Positions 24,101-34,298 of a DNA stretch of 64,000 nt are shown here, piece after piece. Each line of letters begins with the position of its first letter. The stretch's first letter is position 1. The stretch covers positions 1,037,923 through 1,101,922 of the forward strand of contig CM119264.1 in the NCBI GenBank assembly GCA_051294375.1, in the 5' to 3' direction. The notes beneath the pieces were generated by a model. That model was not told where the DNA came from. It did no database searches and worked only from the letters and a program-made list of their open reading frames with translations. This DNA comes from Paraspadella gotoi. Lineage: Eukaryota; Animalia; Chaetognatha. The position numbers were made by a program, and so were the translations under genes.

Positions 24101-27100
24101 TATAAATTTTGGTTTTTCTTTTCTGATCTGGAAAAAAAAATATATTTCACTATTTGAAAAGCAATTACTCATGAGTGGATGGGGAGATTGACTTGAAATT
24201 TTGTATGTGGGTAAAAAGTGTGTGATTGAACAGGAAATCAAGTTTCGATGGAATCGTTTGTGGAAATGAGTTTAAATGGAAAAAAACAAAAAAACGTGTT
24301 TCATTAATTGATTATGCTTTTTATATTAAATGTAAATACAAGATGTATTAATTAATCAAATAATTAATCAGTTAATTAATCAATAGGTCAATTAATTAAT
24401 CAATAATTAATTATCAGTCAATTAATAAATCAAAAACAACATTTTGGATCAAAATAATTAATTAATTAACTTGAATTAATTATTAAATAATTAATTAATT
24501 ATTAATTAATTAATTACCGATACCGACATTGTTTGCTCAAACTTGTTTATGTTACAACGTGTTATGATTGGTTAAGATCACAAATTGAAAGTCAGAAAAC
24601 ATTACCAAGAATTATCATCGTTTTAGCTTATTACCGCTTAATTATTGTAGGCAGATCAGACATTGTTTGCTCAAACTTGTTTTTATGCAAATTGAAAACT
24701 TAGATTATTCCATTTTTGAAACGATTTCATTCTTTCATTCTCTCAATCAATTAATATTGATACAATAAGCAACTAGTTAAAAACACTTAATAAAACACCT
24801 TAAAAGCAAGGTGAAAATGTTCAAACATTAAAAATAAGCCAGATATTCACTTTCTTCGTATTAATCGTCGTCGTTGCGACGTTCTGTCACGAATCGGGAA
24901 ACTTGGGACTCGGATGTCGAAATCTCTGCCTTTGAACGTTGAATTTTTTGTTTCCCAAAAAAATTAAAAGCGAACCTACAGCTTTATATAATTTATTTTG
25001 TACCAAATTTTTAGGAAAATCATTTGGCGAGTGCTTAGCGCGCCGGATTTCAACGTTACGAAAAGGTTTCGGGTTCAAATCTGGCCGAAGCATCTTTTTA
25101 CAATAAGTTCTGATGTCCCAAAATTGGTCGTAGCGCAATGGCTTACCGAAGGGGGAGTAGCCACATGTGTACTCGATATCAAGACAAAAGCTCTCTTTAA
25201 AATTCTCATTTTTACTCGAGTTACATGCATCTTGCCGTCTCAGAAATTCTAGACGGATGCTACTGTAGCTTTCCCCGACCTGTTTCGCCGTTTTCTTTGT
25301 TTTTATTTCTGTTTCGGTTTCTGAAGTTGAGGCTCAGCGAGGATTTTACTTTTCCCGGAGGCGACCTCTCGAGGCTTTTGCCTGATAACAGGAGGAAACA
25401 AGTGAACAACGTAAGAGTAATGATAAAAAAAGAATTGTTTTCATTTATCAATTGTCTGTTTTGAATTGTAATTTTACATCATTGACTGTCTCTCACTTTC
25501 TCATTTTATTTTTTGGTATTTTTCTCATTTTTTAAAAATTTTTCTCTCATATTTTAATTTATTCTTTCTTTCATTCTTTCTTTCATTATTTCCACCATTC
25601 ATTCGTTGATTCTTTCTTTCTTTTTCGCTTCTTTTCTCTCTTTCTCCCTACCCATATTCATTTTGCCATATCACTTACCTGTTGAGCTCGTCTCGTTCGG
25701 CAATTGAGTATCAGTACTGAAAAAAAAATTTAAAAATATATCATAATCTAATTTTTTTTTCTCAATCATCATCCTATAACTAATTATCATTACAAATGTA
25801 CCAAATGACCGAAGGCGTAAACATCGATAAACGATGATAAAAAAAATCAAGGAAAGATGACATTGTGGCGGTATATCCACACCGCCTCACGTCCACCATC
25901 CGTCAGCCAAATCCATTGGCTCAGAGGGGGAACACACCATCCCAGGCGTAGTGTTCCATCCACAGTCCTAACGACTTCCCTCTGCGTTGGCAAAGCGAGA
26001 CCGTCCTAGGGTAACCGCGCCAGTGACTGGAGGCGTCACTGAGGGTCGGAAGCCCCCAAAGCCAACAGTGAGATGCCCCATCCCAATGGGCATCACAGGC
26101 AACCCGGCTGTTGCTAAAACATCATCAAGTTAACTTTTATTTACATCAAAACGCGTTACATAAATATTAACTTGAATATCATTTTCTAGTAATCTTTGTC
26201 AAAAACTTTTTTAACCGCCAAAGCCTTGTCCCCTTTCCCGAAGCTGCTCTTCCCCCTCTCGTTGTCCTCTCCTCCTCCTCCTCCCGTCCCCTGCTCCTCC
26301 TCCTCCTCTCATCCCTTTTTTAGTTAAAAATTAAGTTAGTGATCAGGTTAGGGATTGGGATTAAAAATTAAGGATAAAGGTTTAGTGTAAAGGTTTAGAA
26401 TTAGCTTAAAGTTGGGGATTAGGGTAAGGGATAAAGGTTGAATTAAATTTGGATTATAAGTTTAAGAACAAATTTAAATTAAATATAACTTATTTTACTC
26501 TCCTTACTTTTCTTTTTTATCTGTTTAAAAGCAAGTCAGAACCTACCTTTAACCAGTAGCTCCCAATCAAGCATATCTTTTAAATTTAACCCAACCAAGG
26601 ATTAAGTTACATTTTATCTCTCTTTTCTTTTCTTATTCTTAACTAAAGCAAATAAACTTGACAACCCAACTATTTTAGATTGGGAGGGCCCGGTTAATAG
26701 TTAAAAAAATTCAATGGACTTACAATAAGTTTTTTTGAGTACCCTTCCTTGCTTTTTTGTTAGTTCTTTCGTTTCGGTTCTTACTTCTTTTATTTGACAA
26801 AGCAATCAATCACATAGCAACCATTTTATATCCTATCTTTTTTCTTTACCTGTTGGAGGTAGCATTGTTGGCATTAGGTGAGGCGGCTGCGGCAGCGGCG
26901 GCGGTGGAAGCAGCGGCGGAAGGCAAAGACTTTGACAGAAATGGGGAACTTTGAAGACTTTGGCGACTCCGAGATTCCGTTTGGGAAGTTAGCGCTAAGG
27001 AGAGGAAAAGATCTGATTGGTTAACGCTATAAAAGATGTATTCTCATTGGGTGGTGCTCAGAAAAAGAGGGAAAAGATCTGATTGGTTAACGCTATAAAA

Positions 27101-30057
27101 GACGTATTCTCATTGGGTAGTGCTCAGAAAAAGAGGGAAAAGATCCGATTGGTTAACGCTATAAAAGATGTATTCTTATTGGGTGGTGCTCAGAAAAAGA
27201 GGGAAAAGATTTGATTGGTTAACGCTATAAAAGACGTATTTTCATTGGGTGGTGTTCAGAAAAAAAGGGTAGAGATCTGATTGGTTAATGCTATAAAAGA
27301 CATTCTCATTGGGTGGTGCTCAGAAAAAGAGGGAAGAGATCTATTAGGTCAATGCTATAAAAACGTATTCGCATTGGGTGGTGCTGAGAAAAAGAGGGAA
27401 GAGATCTGATTAGTTAATGCTATAAAAGATATATTCTCATTGGGTGGTGCTCAGAAAAAGAGGGAAGAGATCTGATTGGTAATCACTAGTATAAAAGACG
27501 TATTCTCATTGGGTGGTGCTGAGAAAAAAAGGGAAAAGATCTGATTGGTTTAAGAAAAAAGAAAAAAAAAAAAAGAAAAAAAAGAATTATTATTGGTCGG
27601 TACTAGAAAAAGGAGGTACGAGGTCTGATTGATCATTACTGAAAGGTTATGAACTAGGTTAGTGGTTAAGGTTAGGCTCGATCTTTATCCTTCTTTTCCC
27701 ATCTTTCTCCCGAGAGTCTTTCTTTTACTAACCTAATAACATTCCCACTAATCTAATAGGGATTTGTGTTAGAGACTATTGTTAAGGGTTAAATAGGTTA
27801 AGGTAAATAATAAGGGATAGGGGTTTAGGATTAGGGTTCAGGATTAGGTTAAGGTTAAGGATTAGAATTAGGGTTTGGTTTATAAGTTTGAAAATAATTA
27901 AATTAAATTAGATTAAATTAAATTAAATTCTGGGATTTAAACGAACAAAAATTGGTGCACTCTCGGAAAATAGAGCCGATTCCGTTTCCTTACACGCCCA
28001 GGAAGACTTTTTCCACGGAAGTCGATCCGTCGATGAGGAACTGACCGCCGCAGCCGCAGCCGCCGCTGTGGACGCTGCAGGAGCCGTGACGATCGGTGCG
28101 GCCGCGGCGGCAGCCGTAAACGCTGCCGCCGGGGCCGCCGCGGATATTGCTGCCGCTGCTGCCGCCGCAGGAGCCGCTGCTGCTGTTTTGGCTGAAGATG
28201 TGATGTCTATGAGAGGCACAAGTCCTGAGGATTCTCCCACGTTGTTGGTCCAAGGGCGAACGTTGTCCGAGAAGTTGCTGGGAAGTTAATTATAAATATA
28301 TAATAATAATAATAATAATAATTATAATAATATATGCTGCAAAAATTTTTATTATTCAAGAAATGACATCCTAACATGAAAACTAGAGCGGATATTAATT
28401 TTTATCCTTTACTTCTAGAAGACAACACAAACATCCATCTCCCAGAAATCAAAACATTGAAATTTAAAAATAAATAAATAAAGCATACAAAAAATTTAAC
28501 CAAAAATATAAATAAAAGGAAAAAAATTTAAATATTGAATATTAAAAAAAATATCTAAAGATAGAATAGTAAAACAGGTAATATTGAAATTTTCATATTA
28601 AACAGAATTTCTGTTTAGTGGATGGCTAATATACACGGCGGTCCAGCTCTTTTAAGACTAACTTTAAAAAAATGTTTGGACTGGTAAATAAAAAGATAAT
28701 TCTATGAAAATTGGTACACTTGTAAAAAAATGTAATGAAAACACAATCAATTCAAAGATTTCCCTTCGGCAACCACGACCTTCTCCAAAGGTTCAGAGAA
28801 GGCGGCATATGATTTTTCGACTGCGCCAGAAGTGAATGCTACCATTTCTGTCACTATTCTTGCTGTCAGAAAGTAGACAGTTTTAGAGAAGAATTGTAGG
28901 ACTGCTTCTTTATCTTACATTTTCATCAATCAGGGGGATTGCAGTCAAAAAAACTGCGTGGCCAAAAGTTAGCTGCAAGGAAGCGGCGCAAAGAATTTTA
29001 ACATGTCACTCAAAAAGCTTTTGGATTTTTTAAACGTTTTTGATATCGATTGAAAGAAAATTTAGCCTCGTTTCCAAATGTGTTGTTTCCTCTATCATAA
29101 ACCGTTTTTGTGCTGTGAGCACTTGAAGTTCGTCTCATAAGAGCTGGACCTCCCTGTAATATTAGTCACATTTTCGTTATGCACTTACCTCACATCTGGT
29201 TCGGGCGAAGGTGAGGCTGTAAGCAGGGGTTGCCTTGCAGGATCCTCCAAGGTAATACTTCTATTCTCGTTCTTTTGGGCACTGAGGGAAAGAACGTTCA
29301 AACATTATCATATCATTAATATTAAATATTAAGAAAAAAAATATATGGAAATGGGTCTTTAACTCTTCTGCTTTTTTAGATCCATTTATTATGCCTTGGG
29401 GGCAACGCCTCTCTTGCTGAGCAGAGAATTAAGCACCCATTATTTTCTTATGCTGGCCAGAGGGACATTACTTTTTTGAGAAAGAAGATAAAGCTCATAT
29501 TTTTAAACAGTTTTGTCACCTCCACTTTTTTAAAATTTTAATTAATTAAATTTTTAAAATCTTTATCACCTTATATATATGATATATATACATATACATA
29601 TATATATATACATACATATACATATGATCTTTTTTACTCAAATAGAAACTATGATGTTTGTCAAAAATTTTGGGAGTTTATAAGACTATAAACTAGACAT
29701 CCTTATAACTTAGGGGAGTGGCATCTAACCATTGTCACAACAAGACATGCTTACGTTTTTACAGTGACAATTGATCTTACCTTTTGGGAGTGGCATTTGA
29801 ACCTTACCTTTTAGGAGTGGCATTTGAACCTTACCTTTTAGGAGTGGCATTTGAACCTTACTTTTTGGGAGTGGCATTTGAACGCTACTTTTGGGAGTGG
29901 CATATAATCATTACCTTTTGGGAGTGGCATCTGGTGTTTTGGAAGCGGCAAAAGTGACGTCCTTGTGCGAGGCCAGAAACAGGACGACGTCTCCCTTTTC
30001 ATTTTTGATGGGGACGACGTCCAAAAGGCACTTGAAGGCGGTCCCTGATTGCGTGGG

Positions 30058-30143
<86 letters not shown>

Positions 30144-31188
30144 CAAGGAGGCAAGGGATAGAGAGAGAGGGGCAAGGAGCGCATGCGTGTTGAGCATTCA
30201 GAGTCGCCCATCGACTGAGATTTATTTATTGGAATGACTTTCACTGGTAACTGGTATTCGACACAGAGAATGGACCTTTAAAAAACCCATTAAACCCTCC
30301 AAGCAAAAGAGTAGAGTTTCAAAGTAGTTTACGGGCGGTTTAGGCGTAGTTAAGACTAAGCAAGAGGTGGTTAGGTTTATGGGGGTTTACGGTTATGGTA
30401 GTTACCAGTTAGGTATTGTTTTTTACTATTTTCATTTACGCCAGCAAACGAAACTAACCATTTTTCTTGTAGAACTGAACTTCTGTTTTGAGCTCCGACC
30501 TCGACTCCAGGGCGGCAATGATTTTGTCCACCGCATCCTGCTTCGTCTCGGGACCGTAGAGAAACTTGCAGGCACACCTTGAATAAAGGGGGAGAATTTG
30601 GTCATCGGGGGCATAAAATCGAATTCAATGTTCTGCACAAAAATGCGATTATGTGTTCAATGATAGTTTTTATCCATCCCTCAGTATACAGTGAAGAGAT
30701 TTCAAGAGATGAAATTTTCATGGCATCATACTTGGAGACTGGGGGCAACTAATGAGATCATTTGTACGTGGCTTGGCTAAAGAGTATTTTAGTCAATTGA
30801 CGAAAATATGCTCAAGGTATGCTTTTGACATTATTTTCCGAGAACGCCCCATTTTATCTTTAATTACAAATTAGGTTAATTTTTTTAGATATAAGTTAAT
30901 GATTGTGATTAGGGTTAGAGATTAGGGTAAGGGATCAGCATTTAAGGATTAATCTTAAGAATTTATTAAGTTAAAGAATATAATTAAGTTAAACATTTAA
31001 AATAAAATTAAAATTCTGAGATAAATGCACTTTCGGAAAAGAGAGCCATTACTTACCCCTTTTGCATGATCTGCCCTCTGGCGTAACCGGTGAGTTCGCA
31101 GAATCCATCTGAGCAGTAGACGATGGGAAAGTTGTCAGGGACTTGGGCGTTGCCGAGTACGAAGTTGCTGTCTTCTCGGAGAGAGTGA

Positions 31189-31236
<48 letters not shown>

Positions 31237-33395
31237 AGAGAAGAGAGGAGAGAGAGAGAGAGAGAGAGAGAGACGGATCAAAGGTTGGACAAGATAAAGG
31301 AAGGAGAACAATAAATATTTTTAAGACTAAAAAAGTAAAACAAATTGAAAATTAAATGCAAAATTAAAAAAGAAAAAAAGCTTTTTATTTGTACGTTAAC
31401 TTTAAAAATAAAATAAAAAAATGCATTACAATTCAAAGCTCGAAGTAATAATTTGCATGAATGCGATTTATTATATAAATTGTAAATGTTAACAAATTAA
31501 GTTAAATCTAAGTAAAAATAAAATGTTTCTTAAACGAAGCTTAGCAAAATGAAAAGAAAAAAGTGGACGAAATATTTTGTGTTTGACAAATTAGCCGATC
31601 ATGCAAGTATGTTTAATCCTTTCTAACAATGTTCTAAAATGATTGCTTGAAAAAAAAACTTTTATGAATTCATTTATAATACTAGTTTTACCAAAAAATA
31701 CCGTTAGTTAGTTCATTTATTTAATTCGCATCAAAGGCCCAAGTATTTTTTGTAAGTGCTGTAGCGGATTTCTGCTGTAGTTGTTGCTTCTGAATTTACT
31801 GTGGCAGCGACTTTTTGGTGTTCGTGTTACATTTTTTGCCTTTGAATCAAAAATTAACTTACTACGACCAAAGTTGAAATGCAAAACTGAAAGAATAAGA
31901 ATTTTTGTTTAAAAATAAATTCTCCGTGCATTTTGTTTTAAATTTCTCGCCCTTTTGTTGTTTTTTTTCCCGGGAGAGGACGCTCATTACAAATTCTCAC
32001 GCAAAATATAACTTAATACGAACAAAATGACAGTGGTAGATTTATTACCAGAGCTGAGCATTAAAAATAAGATTTTCATTTAATTAAGTTGCTTCATTAA
32101 ACAATGACGGAATGTTAGAGTTAAGAAAGTTAGGAAGCCATAATTTATAGTTTTTTTTAATGTTTTAAAAAAGAAAGCTTTTTCTTAGTTAAGTTTTAAC
32201 ACAATATTGGTTATTGGTTTTTTAGTGGTTTAAAATTAAAGTCACGACCTTTTTGATGATGCAAGGTCAAAATATTATTAATTTATATTATTATATTATC
32301 TACCATTTTCAGTATAAACTGAGAAAATTTGAATACACTATTCAAATGTGCAATGAAGTAGAGAAAGTGCGAATTTAAAATCATTAACTCGAAATGTGTA
32401 AAAAATAAAGTTAGTCGGCATTTCCAAAAATTTCAAAACTTATGCTTTTTTTTGTATCAAGTTAATATATATTTAGAAAAAAGATATTTGTAACTAAATA
32501 ATCTGGAGTTTACCATTTTTTTGAACGGAACGTATAATTTTCAACTGAAATGAAAGAATAAATAAGTTCCTATAAATACTTTATATCGTTAATAGTATAA
32601 AGAAATAACATTTTATAAAAAAGTTTTTAACAAAATATACAAAATCTAAGAAAAAGCATAGATGAAACTCGACTTTTCTTTCTTAAAAACAATAATTGTT
32701 AAATTTCACACTTTAATATTTACGATTTGGCTAAATAATCATTTTCTTTTCATGCAGGACGAAAAAATATTTCAATAAATTGATACACACACAAAAAAAA
32801 ATTATTATTTTGGGTTTGAGTTAATGAAATTGAGTTTGTTATTCTTAAATTGAAGCGGGAAATTTAAAATGTCAAACTGGAAAATACATTTTGAAAAAAA
32901 AAGACGTTTTGTCTAATTCAGTAAAATGATAAAAACATGGATTTAAGTTAAGGATATCTAAGACTAAAAAAAACATTGCTATCTGACTTTACCGATTATA
33001 TTACTTACGTAATTAAAATAAAACAAGATCATTCAGTCAACCTTACTAAACTTTTTTTCGAGGTTGTCGCTAATTCATTTAATATAATAGTTATCTGTTA
33101 TCACACTGTTGTAATAGTTATTAAATTCTCGTTATGATACAAAACTCATCACTCAGCTTCACACTTCACACTCCCTCCACGCTTTCATTCAAATAAACAA
33201 AAAAAATAATCACAACATTAATAATAACAAAAAAAACAACAAAAAAAAACAAAAAGAACAACATCAACCACAACATCAACGACAACATCAGCTACATCAA
33301 CAACAACAACGACGACACTCACGAGTTCCATCGAAACGCGTGGCGATCGTGTCCAGAAAATTGTTCTGAGGCGCGAGTAATCCTTTGCGAGGCAT
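2686..33395 (-). CDS. Elk: Elk/Kv12 (KCNH3/4/8-like) voltage-gated K+ channel, 22 coding exons, about 902 aa visible, 3' end probably outside the window
   Basis: Manual GT-AG splicing with consistent phases. N-terminus [34 protein letters not shown] (Elk PAS-cap), [21 protein letters not shown] (S1), [18 protein letters not shown] (S4), [15 protein letters not shown] (pore), [19 protein letters not shown] (S6), CNBHD ending ITFNLREG. Confidence 0.95.
3454..3555 (-). CDS. Elk: Elk exon 21 (CNBHD)
   Basis: [34 protein letters not shown]. Confidence 0.95.
3768..3915 (-). CDS. Elk: Elk exon 20 (C-linker/CNBHD)
   Basis: [49 protein letters not shown]. Confidence 0.95.
4040..4215 (+). repeat. Dispersed repeat family; copies at ~38990-39790 (split by the hAT MITE) and ~49045-49205
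   Basis: Shared AATAAACGAGACTGTGA...GCTATGT(C/T)ATTATCT...GGCAAG...CTTATTTATTAAA. Confidence 0.75.
4377..4478 (-). CDS. Elk: Elk exon 19 (C-linker)
   Basis: [34 protein letters not shown]. Confidence 0.95.
4518..4656. repeat. (TAA)n microsatellite; (GA)n, (CGT)n and (CAT)n tracts occur throughout the window
   Basis: Direct reading. Confidence 0.95.
4855..4952 (-). CDS. Elk: Elk exon 18 (S6/C-linker)
   Basis: [33 protein letters not shown]. Confidence 0.96.
5575..5895. repeat. 117-bp-period repeat of the exon 17 end plus donor
   Basis: TCACCTCCAACCAACATGGCGGCCACGCAGAAGATCTTCTCCG at ~5617, ~5734 and 5851. Confidence 0.9.
5855..6039 (-). CDS. Elk: Elk exon 17 (pore helix and selectivity filter)
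   Basis: WLTELSEK...[38 protein letters not shown]. Confidence 0.96.
6335..6444 (-). CDS. Elk: Elk exon 16 (S5)
   Basis: [37 protein letters not shown]; the donor AC|GTATG was chosen because it gives the phase needed by exon 17. Confidence 0.88.
7375..7455 (-). CDS. Elk: Elk exon 15 (S4)
   Basis: [27 protein letters not shown]. Confidence 0.95.
8312..8469 (-). CDS. Elk: Elk exon 14 (S2-S3)
   Basis: [53 protein letters not shown]. Confidence 0.95.
9676..14724 (-). CDS. PPP2C: Ser/Thr protein phosphatase 2A catalytic subunit-like paralog (PPP family), 8 exons, 312 aa, nested in Elk intron 13
   Basis: Exons 14635-14724, 13721-13792, 13074-13170, 12405-12530, 11554-11714, 11108-11236, 10124-10239 and 9676-9823 splice in frame (939 nt). 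Motifs [69 protein letters not shown]-terminal PDYFL-stop. Confidence 0.95.
12571..12916. mobile_element. MITE-like family with degenerate (TTAGGG)n interior. Other copies at ~1317-1705, 3083-3268, 5016-5395, 10290-10420, 14229-14490, 15953-16187, 16788-18420 (split), 23183-23812, 27650-27977, 30826-31047
   Basis: Imperfect TIRs GGCTCTCTTTTCCGAGAGCGACCCCATTT / AAATGGGGTGTTCTTGGAAAATAAGGC around CCCTAA-like repeats. Confidence 0.7.
15524..15628 (-). CDS. Elk: Elk exon 13 (S1-S2)
   Basis: [35 protein letters not shown]. Confidence 0.95.
15736..15832 (-). CDS. Elk: Elk exon 12 (S1)
   Basis: [32 protein letters not shown]. Confidence 0.95.
16628..16675 (-). CDS. Elk: Elk exon 11
   Basis: [16 protein letters not shown] (conserved LPEYK). 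Confidence 0.9.
16997..17042 (-). ncRNA. Minimal type I hammerhead ribozyme (inverted copy)
   Basis: Reverse complement of 18201-18246. Confidence 0.8.
18201..18246 (+). ncRNA. Minimal type I hammerhead ribozyme (PLE-type)
   Basis: AAACA-CTGAAGA-A-GGCTT(GAAAACCA)AAGCC-GAAAC-AT-GTC-TGTTT: core boxes, stem I (AAACA/TGTTT), stem II, palindromic minimal stem III, GUC cleavage triplet. Confidence 0.8.
18960..19422. repeat. Dispersed AT-rich DNA-element family, similar to ~54200-54660
   Basis: Shared ATCGAAAGATGATGATGATGAT and colinear flanks; both end in CTC(C/T)CCCTA. Confidence 0.6.
21489..22398. repeat. Tandem array, ~77-bp unit x 12, equal to the last 63 nt of Elk exon 10 plus the first 14 intron nt
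   Basis: Minus-strand unit GTGCTCTATCATCTGTCTGGGCGATACAATAAGAACAAGAACAAAAGCAACCTCATCAGCAAG|GTTAGATTGGTAGC. Confidence 0.95.
22336..22493 (-). CDS. Elk: Elk exon 10
   Basis: ...[31 protein letters not shown] contains the conserved Elk [13 protein letters not shown] motif. Confidence 0.92.
23823..24065 (-). mobile_element. tRNA-derived SINE
   Basis: A-box GAGTGGTTAA and B-box GATTCGAATCC on the minus strand; body shared with 25020-25268. Confidence 0.7.
25020..25268 (+). mobile_element. tRNA-derived SINE (same family, inverted)
   Basis: B-box GGTTCAAATC; ~175 bp complementary to 23823-23995. Confidence 0.7.
25280..25381 (-). CDS. Elk: Elk exon 9 (linker)
   Basis: [34 protein letters not shown], phase 1-1, weak donor GTCGGG. 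Confidence 0.65.
25679..25716 (-). CDS. Elk: Elk exon 8 (38-nt small exon)
   Basis: T-tract CAG acceptor, [13 protein letters not shown]|GTAAG donor, phase 2-1. Confidence 0.7.
26850..26994 (-). CDS. Elk: Elk exon 7 (Ser/Ala-rich linker)
   Basis: [47 protein letters not shown], phase 1-2. Confidence 0.75.
27000..27552. repeat. Tandem array, ~66-bp unit x ~8, abutting the exon 7 acceptor
   Basis: GATCTGATTGGTTAACGCTATAAAAGA... recurs at 27010, 27076, 27142, 27208 and onward. Confidence 0.9.
27994..28277 (-). CDS. Elk: Elk exon 6 (Ala-rich linker)
   Basis: GC-rich open frame matching ORF 27923..28240; phase 2-1 fits its neighbours. Confidence 0.75.
28634..29156 (-). mobile_element. Tc1/mariner deletion derivative
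   Basis: ~25-bp TIRs (CACGGCGGTCCAGCTCTTTTAAGAC / GTCTCATAAGAGCTGGACCTCCCTG), TA flanks, minus-strand [10 protein letters not shown] resembling the transposase WPxxSPDLNP motif. Confidence 0.8.
29189..29281 (-). CDS. Elk: Elk exon 5 (linker)
   Basis: Open phase 2-2 exon [31 protein letters not shown] with CAG acceptor and GTAAG donor; no homology recognised. Confidence 0.7.
29775..29931. repeat. ~27-bp tandem repeat of the exon 4 end plus donor
   Basis: CTTACCTTTTGGGAGTGGCATTTGAAC x ~5-6. Confidence 0.9.
29915..30044 (-). CDS. Elk: Elk exon 4 (PAC)
   Basis: [42 protein letters not shown]. Confidence 0.92.
30459..30577 (-). CDS. Elk: Elk exon 3 (PAS)
   Basis: [40 protein letters not shown]. 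Confidence 0.95.
31057..31171 (-). CDS. Elk: Elk exon 2 (PAS)
   Basis: [39 protein letters not shown], donor GTAAGT. Confidence 0.95.
33323..33395 (-). CDS. Elk: Elk exon 1 (PAS-cap)
   Basis: [24 protein letters not shown], donor GTGAGT. Confidence 0.95.
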
Positions 33396-34260
33396 CGGTT
33401 TCTAGTAACGGTGCGTCAACGTTGCTTAACGCGTCCTCGATCGGGATTTTTTTTATGGTTGTTAGTTTACAATGGTTTCTCTGAAAATATTTCTTTCTTT
33501 TTTCTTTTTTTTTTTAATATTCTTTTTTTTTTCCTAGACGAGGCGTTTTTCGGTGAACTACGCGTACCTTTCTTTGACACCTCGTCCTGGAATTTTCTCT
33601 TTTTTTTATTCCCCTCGATCTTTGCAGGATTTGAATCTTTCACGAAGCTTCATTTTTTTTTTTCATTTATTTCATAATAATTTTTCGTTAGGATTTTTTG
33701 TTGGGATCGAAAAAGGTCAGAGGAAATTAATGCTCTCACTTCCATTTTTCATCGGTCGGTCGGTCGGTCGGTCGGTCGGTCGGTCGGTCGGTCGGTCGGT
33801 CGGTCGCCCTTCGCGGTTCGACGCGGAGGAAAAGACCGACAGATGGCGCTGTTATTGTTGTCCTTGTAGTCGAGATTGATTTCCAAGATATGGCGTTTGT
33901 CGGTGAGATCGAACGTTTCCATGGTAACCGATTGGTTGAGACTCGCTTAAAAAAAAACATGATAAAATGTCAGCTTTTTTATTATTTATTATACTATCAT
34001 CTTCGTTATAAACAGTACCAATCGGGAAGGCCAAAGTTTGATGCCGAGGTTAATGCCTAATCTAATACCGAAGCTAATGCCCAGTTCACTACTCACCATA
34101 GAAAATGTATTAATTTTTTAAAATATTCTTTTCCTTTTTTTGAAAGCGGATTTGAATTCTTTATAAAAAGTTTATAAAAGAAAATAGAAGTCTTAATCAG
34201 CAGATTCAAAAAACAAAAGTTTTTAGTATTTTTACAACGATTTTTTATTACAGATTATTG

Positions 34261-34298
34261 GACATGTTTCGACTCTTGTTTTTTCGAGTCTTCATCAG
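34261..34298 (-). ncRNA. Hammerhead-like core (PLE remnant), stem I not evident
   Basis: CTGATGA-A-GACTC(GAAAAAACAA)GAGTC-GAAAC-ATGTC on the minus strand. Confidence 0.55.
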
